A stretch of 64,000 nucleotides of DNA from positions 7,752,044-7,816,043 of the forward strand of contig CM121343.1 in the NCBI GenBank assembly GCA_051530055.1. Direction: 5' to 3'. The notes beneath the pieces are model-generated. The model saw only the letters and a program-made list of their open reading frames with translations. It was not told the DNA's origin and made no database searches. This DNA is from Neoechinorhynchus agilis (taxonomy: Eukaryota > Animalia > Acanthocephala). The translations under genes and the position numbers were made by a program. Positions 10,403-24,100 of this stretch are shown in pieces. Numbering within the stretch: position 1 is the stretch's first letter; each line of letters starts with the position of its first letter.

Positions 10403-13400
10403 ATGCTTACGTTTTTCATGCTGCTCTTAATGGTAAAGTTAGTGTGGTTCAACGTTCAAGCCGTGCAACCTCAACGTAATAACAGTGAAGCAGGCACGGT
10501 CTTAAAAACGCCGCAAGCAACATCAAAATTAAAGAACTTAATTTTTCACCATGCCTCATTTAACGTAAGGTTCTCGTCTTCTTAATTCTTCTTATTCACG
10601 TTCAATCAGAGCTGTTATCAATCATGCATTAAGGATGTAGCTCAAAATAAAAACACCTATAATAAAAGTACTCTTAAATCTCGTACGAGTCGAGGAAAAG
10701 GTATAATTATTCTAAATTGGCGCTACTATATTTAAATAGTCTGGGTGCTTGGTTTGACTTGCACTACTGCCATTAACATCGCAAGCTTGGTTGGTTACCT
10801 CTTGAAACCTTGTATGAAAAGGCGTGAATTTGATTGGATTCTTATGGTTTTAATTGGAGTTGCTATTGGATCAATGGCTGGCAGTGGAATTCTGCATTTG
10901 ATTCCTGAGGTATGGTTAGTCTGTTTCTTTGACGTTACAAAATCAAAAGCAGGGATTTGGAATAACGAATGATGGCGATAGGAATTATGTTTTGAAAGCA
11001 ATAGTGGTTATGTTTGGACTATACTGTTTCTATTTAATCGATAGGATTTTAAAAATCTTAACAACTGATCAAGTCCGTTTGCAATATTCGGTTGGTATAT
11101 TGGAAGTGAGAATGTTAAAACCCTGTTTGTGCGTGTTTGTTTTAGGACCGAAGTGCGATTGAGGAGCATAAGCATCAAATGGAATTGGTAGAAACAGCAG
11201 GGGCCCAATCGATCGATCACATGAATCCAACACACGTGATTGATTCACTCAGTTCCGATCGAGAAAAACAATTTCTGAGTCCAATTACAAAAATTTACGA
11301 CGACAAGGAAGTAAGCATCGTATCAGTTGCTTTTATTTTGTAGATCCAAAAACGACAATTTCATCTTTATTTGTGGTTGACAATATTGCTATACGAAGTT
11401 ATGCCTTGGCTTCTAGGCATCATTCTTCTCTTGTTTACCTATTGCAGGCCGAGATCAGGAAAATCAGACCTTCCATTGATCTCATCTGTTCAAGGGCCTC
11501 TGAACTTTTCCCTCACGATGCTCTCTTCCTTTTAAAAAATTGCATCTTCATTCCACGCATCCTCCATAAACTGCGGTCAACCCCTTCCTTTCAATGTCAG
11601 CCCGAATTGAGAGAGATTGATGGTTCTTTAAGGGATGGTCTATGTAAGATCCTTAATATTAAGCTCCCCGACACTGGCTGGACCCAGGCATCTTTGCCCA
11701 CAAGCTGCGGAGGGATCGGTATTCGTGCCAGCTCAGCCATTGCGCTTCCAGCCTTTCCATCGTCTCTTAGTAGGTCCAAGCGCCTTTCCAGATTGATTTT
11801 GAGACATAATTTTGAGGAGGACATCAGCCTGGAGCCCGCTCTTCATCTTTGGATGTGTCTGTCTAACCTCGACAAGATTCCAGACCTCCCGGAAAACAGA
11901 AATCGTGGGACATTCCGTTAGTGGAGCGTGTTCACACCTCACTTTTTGACTCGCTCTCCGACGTGGATAGAACGCGATTAACTGCAGTTTCCTGCAAAGA
12001 GTCCGGCGCCTGGTTGAAAGCTGTACCATCAGCAAATCTCGGTTCGAGATTAGACGGCGAGGCTCTCAGAATCGCAGTGTCTCTGAGGCTCGGGCTCCCG
12101 GTTTGTATCCCTCACACCTGCCGATGCGGGACGGAAGTTGACCCCTCGGGCAGGCACGGATTAGCCTGTAAACGCTCAAGTGGCCATTTTGCTAGACACG
12201 CCGAAATAAACGCATTGCTGAGCCGTGCTTTGAAAACGGCTAACTCTCCGAATATCCTCGAGCCTAGCAACATCTGCAGGATCGATGGGCGTAGGCCGGA
12301 TGGAGTTACCGTTTTTCCTTGGAGCAGGGGGAGATGTCTCCTATGGGACGCAACATGCGTCGACTCCCTTGCAGCCAGCAATCTGCGAGATGCATCCTCC
12401 GGGGCTGGGGGAGCCGCATCAGCAGCTGAGCTTCGTAAGGTTGCAAAATACGCTGATTTTACAAATTCTTATCATTTTGTCCCCTTCGCAGTGGAAACCT
12501 TAGGAGCTTTCGGACGTGCGGCGAGGAGTTTTGTTCTCGAACTGGGGCATCGCCTGATCAACTCGACCAATGACAGGAGGGCTCGCTCGTTCCTAGTACA
12601 GAACATATCCTTGGCTATCCAGCGAGGAAACGCAGCGAGTGTCTTGGGGACGGTGAAGTACGATTGAGAATAATAAAAGTTATTCAATTAAAAAAAATTA
12701 TTGAACCTTCGATAATTTTATTGACGTTCACCAGTTGCACACACCCAACAACAAAACGTTTAAACAATCACCACCGTCCAAGAAGAAGAGGCATCGCTCT
12801 CCCCTTAGTGGTCACGACCACACTCACTGCGTTTCCTCTTTTCTATCGGGAGACCAATGTTTTGGCGTAGGAAGGCACCAGCTCTTGACATATTTTATTT
12901 TTAGAGTACAGATGAGCAAAATGTTCAATCTCTTTTGGATACACGCGTTGTCAGTAAGGAATGTAGTGTGTTTTGGTCAATGAGAACAATCGCGCCTGTG
13001 GCATGGATGGTCCTTATATGCGACGCACTCCATAATTTTGTTGACGGTCTCGCTATCGGGGCAGCGTTCAGTGATGACGTTACGAAAGCGATCAGTGTTT
13101 GTTTAGCAGTTGCTTTTGAGGAAATTCCCAACGAACTTGGTCAGTACTCTTATTTGAGTTTAACCCTTTTAATTATACTCAATTTTCTTTGCTTAGGTGA
13201 TTTTGCTGTACTACTCAACTCAGGGCTTGGACTCAAACCGGCGCTTTTTCTAAATTTCGTAGCAGCCTGCTCAAATTACATCGGTCTTAGTGTTGCCATA
13301 ATTATAGGCGAGCTTTCTCAAATTCATCATTGGATATATTGTACTGCCGGTGGAATGTTTCTTTATATATCACTTGTAGTGATGGTGAGCGATTAACTTA

Positions 13401-13599
13401 CCTTTTTTTGCTATAAAAGGCACTTGTGTAGGTAAACGAGCTCAACAACATGGGCGATAGATTATCATCAAGGACACAAAAAAACCTATGGCCAGTTTTT
13501 ATAGTTCAAAATCTTGGACTAATTTGTGGTTTCCTTATCATGTTATTCTTTGCGTTATATGGAGACGAAATCAAAAATATAACCGTTAGTGCTCCCTAA
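10403..13599 (+). CDS. LIV-1 subfamily ZIP (SLC39A) metal transporter, multi-exon; ZIP8/ZIP14-like TM5 motif
   Basis: Signal-peptide-like start, IGVAIGSMAGSGILHLIPE, His-rich loop GHDHTH (about 12810), DALHNFVDGLAIG, FEEIPNELG/DFAVLLNSG, AGGMFLYISLV, stop at 13597-13599. Short GT-AG introns. The start exon is less certain. Confidence 0.92.
11373..12690 (+). mobile_element. 5'-truncated CRE-like non-LTR retrotransposon inside a ZIP intron
   Basis: HDALFLLKNC..PRILHKLRSTP, GGIGIR, a single frameshift near QKSWD, Zn knuckle CRCGTEVDPSGRHGLAC, RH..N, RPDG..PW..WD, QRGNAASVL, followed by an A-rich tail. It lies between a donor near 11311 and an acceptor near 12734. Confidence 0.92.
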
Positions 13600-13661
13600 T
13601 TTTTAAGTGCAAATAAAATGTGATTTGTGGGACTCTTTAACCAACAATAACAACTTTGCCT

Positions 13662-16600
13662 CTATCTCCTTGACAAACCGCGAGTATCATAGATTTTTAA
13701 TAAAGTTCCTCCGTGCATAATTTTAAAGATATCATCAAAGCTTTTAACATCGTTCCTTTATTTTTAGTATCCTACTTGTCGAAAATCCAACCAGAAAATA
13801 GGCTTCCGGCTTGCAAATTCCTAGATCGTCCTAAGAATGAAATTTCTTGCTCAGACCGATTAATCGAGTCTCAGATGTTTCATTTATTCTATGAATACCT
13901 TTCAATGGAGCCTATGATCTATAATAGCACATAAGTTTAAGTAACGAATGAAGCAATAAGTTATTTTAGTTCAAACAGGATACTAGATAACCGTTGGCCT
14001 AAGACTTATACATTAGAAAGATCGTCTTTCGGAAGCTGCATTTAGGAATATTTAAACGTCGCCCTCATAAACAAGAAAAAGATGTACTCATCGAAACAAA
14101 GTGATTCGCCGAGAGGATGTGGGTGCTTTTTAGACTGACTAGCATAAATCGTCTCCATTTCAACGACTGAAATTTTAAAACACATTTTTAATTTGAGAAA
14201 TATAAAACAAAAAATGTGTTTGGCAAATTCTTGTCTTCAAATGTTATGTTTGTTCGGCAGCTTCCTTGATGGCCGCGGCATTGCCGCGTTGGATCGCCGC
14301 GCTGAGTCGCTGCAACAGGAGGATAAAAACTTCTTACATGTTGGGATGAGCTCTCCAAGAAGACAGCCAAATTCTGAGAAACAATAACTACTCTACCCGC
14401 ATGGCGGACTAATGAAAACTCGTAGCATCGAAAGTTATGGAAAATTTCCCCTTAAGCCGCGCAATCTGCGTCACAAATTTAAATTACTCAAATTTCTTTC
14501 GTATCATTTTCATCGAAATGTGAGAATTTCCAGTTTCAAGGTTGTCCCACGACCTACAGATACAGTTGATTTATTTGCCTATCTTTCGCCGTATGACGGC
14601 TTCAACTGAGCAATTGTTTTCAGAGCTTTATTTTCCTCTAAAAATAATTGCCCAGTTGAAGCCATAAAACGGCGAAAGCTAGACAAATGAATCAACTATA
14701 TCTGTAGAAATTAAATCAGAAAATTAACACAATATAACTGTTTTGCGTTGTTGATTCACGCTTTTGACCTCTCTTGTACTCGTCATACCATGTATAGAAG
14801 CTGATTGTTTACCCTTTGGTGAGGTTTGCGTGATTGTGTTAGCTTTCGACGGTTCATTATCTCGAAAACTCTTTCTTATATTAATAGCTCAGTCGTACAT
14901 CCGAGTAGTCATCGTGCCTCAATATTAAGCTGTATTTTTATCCTTTTTTTTATTTATCCACTTGTACTCACAAACAAACCGTCACAATTTTTTTTAATAT
15001 ATCGAAATGTCTTTATTAACCTGTTGGCAAGTGCTAATTTTAAAATTATTACATTGTTTTTGAACATGAAGGGACTCACACAACGCTCTCGCAGCAAATA
15101 GTAAAAGAATACTGTTTTTTTGTTGACATTGTTCATTTTTGATCGAAAAAATCGTCGTTTCAGCGAGTGCTGAAACACCATAAAATAGGTTTATATAAAC
15201 ACGTTTTATTAATGTAAGAAAAGAACGATCCACACACTTGCCAGCATCTATCTTTGCTGAAGGTGTCTGGATGACGGATGCTGAAGGCAAGGGAGGTGGG
15301 ACTTATATTTGAAAGAGTTTTACAGGAGAATGACCGGTTGGGAGTCTTTCCTTGTTCTCCGGTTGTTAAGGAAAGATTGGGCTTGGGGGAGGAAAGAATT
15401 TTGGTTGAAAGTGGTAAGAGCGAGGGGGATGAAAAAGGTTGGGGTTACGGGTGTTAGATGAGGGAAGAAAATTGTGGAGGGGTTGAAGAAGACGGAGGGC
15501 GTTTTTGGAGGAAATGGAGGTGGGCGTCGAGGGGAGGGAGTGAAGTCTCGCATATTCTCGCTGATCTCTTGTGGAAGGTTTCGAGGGAATGGAGAGCATT
15601 GACGGAAAGGGCGAGGAAAGCGTATGTAAGGATAGGGAGGATGGCAGAAAGATAAAAGTGAGCAAAGTATTTAGGGGATACGCCGAGACGCCGGAGGAGT
15701 TTGAGAAGGTAAAGACGAGGGTTTGCTTTAAAGAGTGTAAATGAAATGTGGGAATCCCATTTAAGGTTTTCTTTGAAAGTCAGGCCCAGTATTCGGAAAG
15801 AAGATGAGCGTTGGACGGGGAGAGGCGCGGGGATAAGGTTGCGTTTGGAAATTTGGGGCTGTAGATGTTCCGAAGTCATTGTTCACCCAATACTCATCAC
15901 AAGATCTTAATAAGGAAAATTGTTCAACCCACTAAATTATTAAGCACGGGGGTTGCTTTGAGAATGGCGAAATTTTGATGTTATAGGTTGTTGTAGAACG
16001 CGTTGAAATGCATATGCGTGATGTTTACCGCTAGAGCATTTTGCAAACGCTAGCGTCAAAAAATAGTCTCGAACATTTTTAAACAAATTATGTGCTCACC
16101 ATCTTCAAACTAATTAGCTCTGTAGTAAGGCGAAGTCCGAGTTTCGGTATGAGGGTTATTTCGTCGTCTACAGGACTTTTGAATGATTCAACCAAAAATT
16201 GATCAATGATTTTCATCGACCAAGTTCTGGTTTTCTGAGTGCGATTATGTGTGACTCTGATAACCGCTTAGACAGCTCTGCACGAAGACGGGTTAAATTT
16301 GATTAGAATTTCTAGCAAACGTTCGCACGGCATTTGACTTAGTTTGACATTGAAACTCGACCAAAAATTATTGTTGACAGTTTACACTATTTAATCGATG
16401 TTGTCTAAAGTAGTAAATGAATTCTATTGTTTTCTTAATATCCAGATAAGAATTGTGACCGCATTCGCTAGCCCAAAATTGGAAAGAATAACATCAACGT
16501 ACCATAAATGTTTGGGACTCATAGTAAGACCATTTGATTTGGATGTTAAAGCTCTCAAATCTAAATGGTTTCGACTGCCACATTGCATTTGCCAATACCC

Positions 16601-17950
16601 AAATATTAGACTACATAGCGAGATCTTTTTATGCAAAGAAATAGCATTGCCTTGTCCGGTTTTTCTTATCCATCCTCTAAGCTTTCTTTAATCTTCAAAA
16701 CATTATGCTTCCCTTCGTTGGTTTGACGTTATTTTTTATTTATTGCTCACTGTCTCAACTTTTAAAGGCAATAATCTCATGTGTCGGCAAGAATATAACC
16801 CACAATGAAATATCAATTTTTAACAAATATGAAAATGGTAGATAAACCACGGCTGACTAAGGTGAATTTGAGTATTTTAACGTATCTGCGACTCGTAGGC
16901 GGATTATGATATTTTAAAACTATCAAAATTTTTAGTTATTTATCATCCGAATGTCAATGTTAAAGTATTTATTGCCTTATCGTAAGTGGTACTAACGTTA
17001 CTTGTTCTATTGGTGCATTTAGTCTGACCTGGATAACGACTTCAACAGCTTCTGAAATATGACAACGAAGTGATCCTTTTATTCGTTGAATGCGCACTTA
17101 TACTTACTAAAGTGTAGTAGTAGATTGAATAGGAGTTCACTTAAGAAAGTTTTTTATCGCTATCAATGGACTTAACATGTTGCTCGGCAACTTCGATTGT
17201 GATGAGAGTCTATATTTAATATCATTTTTCTTCTTTCATCATACTTTTGTTTTGATTTCTTGCTTTGGAGAAATGTGACAAAACACAAACAATTCTTACT
17301 AACAGTAAAAGTCCACATATACTCACGATATTCACAAAATGTTTTTAACCGCTTCAAACACTACTTCGTGCTCGTGTACATAGTTTACTTAATATCTTTC
17401 CGCAAAACTTATCTTCGTTTGTGTTGACACTATTACGAAATTCACCTTTGTTTGTTACCTTTAAACGATTCTTATTGAACCTCGTAGCCCTTAGGCCATT
17501 ATTTCTAACGGTAGCCAGACGATTTACCTTCTCTTGAATGTAGATTTTAGAACTTACCTCTAAAGTTTACTTCTGGCATCAACGTTCATTTAAGTTATCT
17601 TCCTCGAAATGGAGTCTATCTCTAGGCTCCGTCATGCAAACACTTTCTTTACTACTAGCAATAATATGTTTACAATTAGCTATCCCAATTTGCGTTTTCC
17701 TTAATCCAAGTGCATCCGAATTTACATCACGAGTAAATAAGGCAATAATATCTTCCCATCTTTATTGTACTTTTAACATTTCAAGAGAAGCGTCCATTTT
17801 GTCGGTTTCATGGATCGTGTGCGGATTTCGAAAGCCTTGTACATACTCTAATGCTTTATTATCGTTAAAGGCGGTAATTAGGACACCCTTAAATGTATTG
17901 GATTACACACCATTGACGTTAACAGTTTTCCTTACGCTATAAAGCTTTTC
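13662..17950 (-). CDS. Putative unidentified multi-exon gene or genes on the minus strand
   Basis: Several open minus-strand segments with plausible GT-AG ends (e.g. SFDDIFKIMHGGTLLKIYDTRGLSRR*, GWIRKTGQGNAISLHKKISLCSLIFGYW, WEDIIALFTRD). No family recognised and the exon chain is not resolved. Confidence 0.35.
14255..14400 (-). mobile_element. Short 3' fragment of a more distant CRE-like element
   Basis: One minus-strand frame reads LLQRLSAAIQRGNAAAI, the RLE C-terminal motif. Confidence 0.6.
14554..14707. repeat. Foldback or MITE-like inverted repeat (67-bp arms, 20-bp spacer)
   Basis: 14554-14620 is an imperfect reverse complement of 14641-14707 (roughly 85% by eye). Confidence 0.88.
15320..15880 (-). 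mobile_element. L2/CR1-like RT C-terminal fragment
   Basis: FRILGLTFKENLKWDSHI...KANPRLYLLKLLRRLG...FYLSAILPILTYA. Confidence 0.85.
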
Positions 17951-18152
17951 TTGTTTGGATTTAATCTTAAAATTAATTGGATTGTCTTCTGAAATAACCT
18001 GAGCCGGCTAATCATTTTTTGCTGACTTTAATAACATGTAAAATTGACAATATAATCGTGATTATAGCATTTCTGAGGTTTATGATGTCTTGATACCATA
18101 ACGTCCTGAATCAGCCCGTGTTGATTAAATAATCGGTAAATTTTTCAGATTA

Positions 18153-21100
18153 ATGATACTCAATGGATCCGATACTATTTCCTCTCCAATTGCTTTGGGC
18201 CAAACAATTCCAGCCGATTTGACCGAATCCTACAATGAAATCAAAAATTCCAATGTTGGAGAGTCGCGGTTTGCGACTTTCCTTATTGACTTTATAGCTA
18301 AGGAAACGAGTGATGTTGAATTAAATGAAGTGGAAGCCGTCATGAAAAACCGTTGTAATGAGCCGGCCATTGTACAGCTATGGCGACCTACGCTTTGTAT
18401 TTTAAGTTCGTTTCTTACCAAAAAGCATGCAAATCCGGATAAATCTAGGGTGTGTGAATGCATATTCAGAATTGGCCTAATTGCTGTCGATAGTCAAGGC
18501 TGGTCCGTTCTCGATAAGTTATTTAATATTATCGAAGAAAAGCGTTTAACAGCAACAGATAAATCACTGATGTTTGCAGTAATTCAAAGTATTCTTTTAA
18601 GGATTGACTATCCTTTAAACGACGAGATAAATGGAAGATTGCAGTCTAAAATTCAATGTTTAATCAAAACTTCTACAAGTGTTCTTGATCTCTATGGATT
18701 GTGTGAGTTATGTTTTCGAATCTCCGAGCGCTTTGATATCACATGCGATATAACCAAGGTTGCGATCGATCACCTTCTTGGATGGTGTTTGGAAGGAATT
18801 GAGCCTGATCGTGGTTTTCGTGTTTTAAAAATGATAAGTCCAAGACTTCTATATTCTCTCACCGAATATGCATCTGATTATGTCACCAATACTATAATGT
18901 GTCGAACATTAGCCGCAGTTGAACTACATTTACAAACCTTACAAGATGCACCCTTCAATGTTGACACTTTGTGCTGTTTGTTGCGGATACTGGAATGGGT
19001 TTGCCTTAGTGTCTTTAATCCGATTGATCATGACACCGCGTTAACAATTATCCGAGTTTTGTTTCATGGATCGATGACATTGAGAAGGTACGAAATACGA
19101 GTTTGGCGTGTTGTCAATGAATTTCTATTCCGTCTATCGGAGTCACTTAATATTCCCATATCACAAAGATTCAGTCACTTGGTAGAATTTTTGGAAATAA
19201 TACTTTAATTATCATTGGTCGGTTTTTTGACATTGTCGTTGGAGTCTGCCTCGCAGTTGATGGCTGCAAAATATTTAAAGTCGAACAGCTCGGTATAAAA
19301 TGCGACCTATAAATTTAGCCACAGAAAAGCTATTACTATAACATTCTAAATTTTTTAACACTGTAAATATTTTTTATTGATCGTTGTGCGTCTTATCGAT
19401 TAGCATGATTTATAGTATGTACTATTGTTTATTCTGAATCTTGGAGCATATTGGGTCCAGTGATTTACCGAAGGATACAGACAACTCTTTGTTCTAATTT
19501 CATCAGCTAGCTATGTGATCACATTCTATGTAACTGAATGATTGTGCTAGACGACGTTCTAAATTTTGTTATATTCCAAGTTAATTACTTTTGTTCATCT
19601 GTATCGTACCGAGAAAACGAAATTTCGATGAAGTCAACAAGTAACTATGGTTTGGCCGATTACGATGCTTCACTGATCGAGTTGTGTTCGCTGTGCATAT
19701 CTCTAATGTATGAGTCGGCAAATTTCACTTCGGCCATTCTATTTGAAGATTCGTATTTATGGAACGCAAAGTTTAACCATTTGACATCCAAGTCGCCAAA
19801 AAGTTCCAAAGTAATTATTATGCTATTTGACATTATGGTAAGAATGTCATGTGCATGCGATGTTTCGAAATGTCATGTTGTTCGCGAGTTTGTTCACTTC
19901 TCCTCGAAGATTAACCGCGACGTGAATGCTGAGTCAGTTGTTATTTTCGATCTTGCTTTATTGGCAACCGTTCGAGATAGTCTAAGCAACGAAGCTATTT
20001 GTGTGATCGTTAAGGTCGTGGAGAAACTCATGGATGAAATGATTGACCAAGGCAGCTTCTCTGGGCAGCTCTCGGAACGTATTCTTCAAGGGGCGATTGC
20101 ATTCTTCAAAAATGTTCGCTTTCAAAGTAACCGTATTATTCGTTGGATCGAAAATATGATTGAAACGGACAATAATAGATACACTGCGTTAGAGTGGTTT
20201 GCACAATTTGCTCAGGCGCATTTGTCTCGCGAACTAGTTAGCAATCCTCGCTTTGAACGCTTGGTAAAACGTGTCTTGTCACTTGGAAATTCTGGAGAAC
20301 AAAAGGAGAAATTGAAGGTTGCATCCATTTTAAAGGCATTAGCTCCAAACCTTGTCCCTTTTTATGATTCAATTTGTGATCTGTACATGAGAAATACTAT
20401 GATAAATGTGGATAAGATTGTACGAAATGAGTATCATGCTTTATCCTATTGCCTTCCTACTCACGTTGTCGCCAAAAGTCGTTCCTTTCATCAAGTTGTT
20501 AATTTTATAACGGAGCTAAAACCTTATACAATACTGGATTTCATCATTGAAGGAAAGTGTGGAGGTCTGCAAAGTGGTTGTCAGGAATGGCGGTCAATTG
20601 TTAAGCTCGTGTCGGCATCACTTGTTCGAAATCGATTAGAGAGTAGTTATGGCGATGCTGTAAGAACTTTCGAAGCAATCGCAGAAGCATTCAATGATCA
20701 TCGGGATATCCTTAGGACTCGGCAGACATTTCGCCAGTTCAATTTGAGGCTTCGGTTGTTGTTTCTTTTGTTTGAGAATATTCAAAAAGATGTACGCGCA
20801 TTGATCGAGTATAAGCGATCAATTTGCGAATTGTTGCCTAATGAGGACTCAGAGCTGCGCGATTTCTATTTAGGATCGCAAACCCGAATATACGACGAAT
20901 TATTCCGAGTGACCTTAATAGCCGCGGAGTTAGCTATTTCGCACGGCTACTACTCTTTCGCTGTGAAAATAAGGGTTTAAGTTAGTGGGTTTATCGACAG
21001 AAGTTTTTGTCCCCTGCAATTAAGTATCGTGCGATGAGGGGAATAACCAAGCTTATTTTGTGTGTTGTGCAGTCAAAAATTGAAGATATGCTTTACATTT

Positions 21101-24100
21101 AGGCGGAAAACAAAATTTGTTTTTATTCTTCATCGAGTCGACATCACCTTGAACCTTTATTGGTACGATGCATTTGGTATCTAATGAGACGACCAGTTAA
21201 CTCACCAAAGATATTATCGAATTGTGTTGTCTGGTTAGCATCGTGTTATATTAATCTGCGCTTATCAAGTTACATCGAAGGACTTAAATCCGTTAATTCT
21301 GTTGTGGTTTCTGGTGATTGGTTAGATGGTGCGAAATGTGACTGCAACGGAGCATACGAGGACGCAGTGGAGATCTACGAAAGGCATATTTGTGAGTTAC
21401 TCACAAATAAAGCCGAGTTAGGCAATTTTGCAGGCAAAAAAACATTGTTAGAATTTTTAAATATGCGCATCGCGAAATGCATGCTAAATCTTGATGACAA
21501 CTATGCTCATTATTATCAATGGCTCAGCGAAATCGAGGATATAGATCAAGACAATCAAATCGAAACTCCTGCGTCTCCTTATAACATGAGCGTTCTGAAC
21601 GTCTTAACTAGTTTTAGCGAGCGGCAGTTTGAGGAACTTCGTGGCACATTGACTGCGATGAAAACGGATTCTAATGATACTGATGAATATATAAGAAACT
21701 TCTGTACAAGAGATTCAAAATATTTTAATGATCAACTTGAAGCATTAGTATGCGTCAAGTTGATTGAATCTGCAAGCTTTAGAAGATATGATTCCAAATG
21801 CCTTGAAATCGCGAGCGAGATCATAGATTCCAGTATATGCGTCGACTCGATTGACCCTCTTGGTCCTAACAGGTTTTACATTCTGGATCAAATTGTAAAC
21901 GCTAGGAAACAGGGTGTTCTGCTCTCATCAATAAACTCATACAAACTCCATCGCTCTATTCATCGCATAGATTTAATGAATTTCGCTAATCGGTTCGCAA
22001 AAAATGAAACAAGTCGCTACTGTGAACAGATTGCTCATTTAGCTCGACATCATCGAAATTATAGATTGGCTAGTCACAAAGCTGATGCTAGTTCATTCGA
22101 AAACTTAAAATTTATTTTCAATGGGTACGAACAGTCTGTCGATACGAACAAACTCTTAAATACGGATGGATCTCTCAATGGTAGCAGAATGCGGTGGATA
22201 GTTAAGCAAATAAGACCAAATTTGCTTTTTAGCCATATATTTAACGAACTGGCATCATTACAATCAATCCAAGTCGAATTACGTGAAATAATTGGTAATT
22301 TGAATTTGACTCGTATTGATAGGTCAGTTAAGGAAGATTTATCAGACGAATTAGCGAATAAATTAAGCGGTCTTCAATACTGCTTGATCGCTGATGATTG
22401 GAAGTCACATCACCGGCTAGCGCAATTCTGTCTAAATCTTATGACTAACCCGAAAACGCTGGAGCTCAGTGGTCGACACAATCAAGAAACATTCGCTCTC
22501 ATGGCTATAACCCATTTGAAAGAGTCACTGAGACGTGATGGTGATACGTATGACTGTCTTCATGTCCTTTCCCTACTTGATAGCTATCCTCGATTGGTAA
22601 ATGATGTATTTTGTACTGAATGTACATTCCCACCACATTTATGGCTACGTGTACTCCCGCAACTCGCCCATCGCTACGCCGCTCATAATTGTTGCCAATC
22701 TGAAATGGTTTTTGTGACACAAGTTTTGAATTCGCTTGCCAATCAGTGTCCATGGTCTATAGTGTATTCCGTTCTGAGAGAAAATGTTAATGATAGTCGT
22801 CACTTATGCATGTTTCCTGAGAATTTATTGAGCAAAACAAAAGCCTTTATTGATCATATTAAAAGCATGGCAGACCCAAAGACAAGTATTTGGATGTCAA
22901 AACTTAGGGAGTTATATCATCTTCAAACGGAGCTACGTTCGTCGTTGAGCAAAGACGCAAAAAAGGGCATAATAAAAAAATTAATGCGATTTTATAACTT
23001 AAAGAAGAATTTAGACGATATAATCACGATGGGTGTGAGCTATGTCGAAAATGAGAAAGATCTCGATGAAGTTGTGGAAATACTTCAAACTTTCCTTACC
23101 TCCGAGGGACTGAAGATTGAACAGGATAAGCAACTTCGCTATGTCAGCCTATTCAAGTTGAATCAGCGACTGGCGGAACTAACTGATTTCGGAGTCGCTG
23201 TGCCGACTTGCCTCAATGTTAGTTCACCGAAAGAGCTTCGTATGGTATCTTTCATTGATGATGAAATTGAGATTTATAAATCGCTCTCACGTCCAAAAAA
23301 GTTTGTATTTCATCTGACGGACGGTTCAATAGCTGAGTATGTTCTTAAGTCTTCACCCGGTCTTGAATTGGAACAGCGCATAATGCAAATGCTTGCGTAT
23401 GGGAATCATGCGTTATCCAAATTGAATCGTACTCATAGAGATATTCATCATCCCTTGTACACAAGTCGAACTTACGACATATGTCTAATTGGTCGTGATT
23501 ATGGATTTGTCGAGGTAGTGAAAGGATGTCAAGCTCTTTTGGAGCTCCACTTGAATTACCAAGAACGTAAAAAATTATCCAACATTAAGAATCACTTGCT
23601 AAAAGTTGATCGAAAGGACACGTCTTCGATCGATTCAAAACGCCATGCTCTCTTGACAAGTATTGAGCGAACACCCTGTGATATGATTAGCCATAAACTG
23701 TATTTTGGTCGCAGTGACGGCAGTGCAAGTACTTGGTTAGGTGCTGTAATGAGATTCACCAGGTCAAGCGCAGTTATGTCAATGTTTGGGATGCTGCTTG
23801 GACTCGGTGATCGCCATTTGAATAATATTTTATGCGACTTCAAAACGGGCGAGACGGTACATATAGACTTTAATGTTTGTTTCGACTCGGGATTGGGTCT
23901 CGATAATCCCGAAACGGTTCCATTCCGTCTTACTCAGAATATCGTTTACGCGTTTGGACCTCATGGACTTGATGGCAACTTCCGACAGGACTGTCAAAAT
24001 GTCATAAGCGCGCTTAGACATTCGTCAAATGGACTGTTCACCTTGATGCAAATGTGTTTCGAGGATTCCTATAAGATCATTTCAAACCATATTTTTAAGG

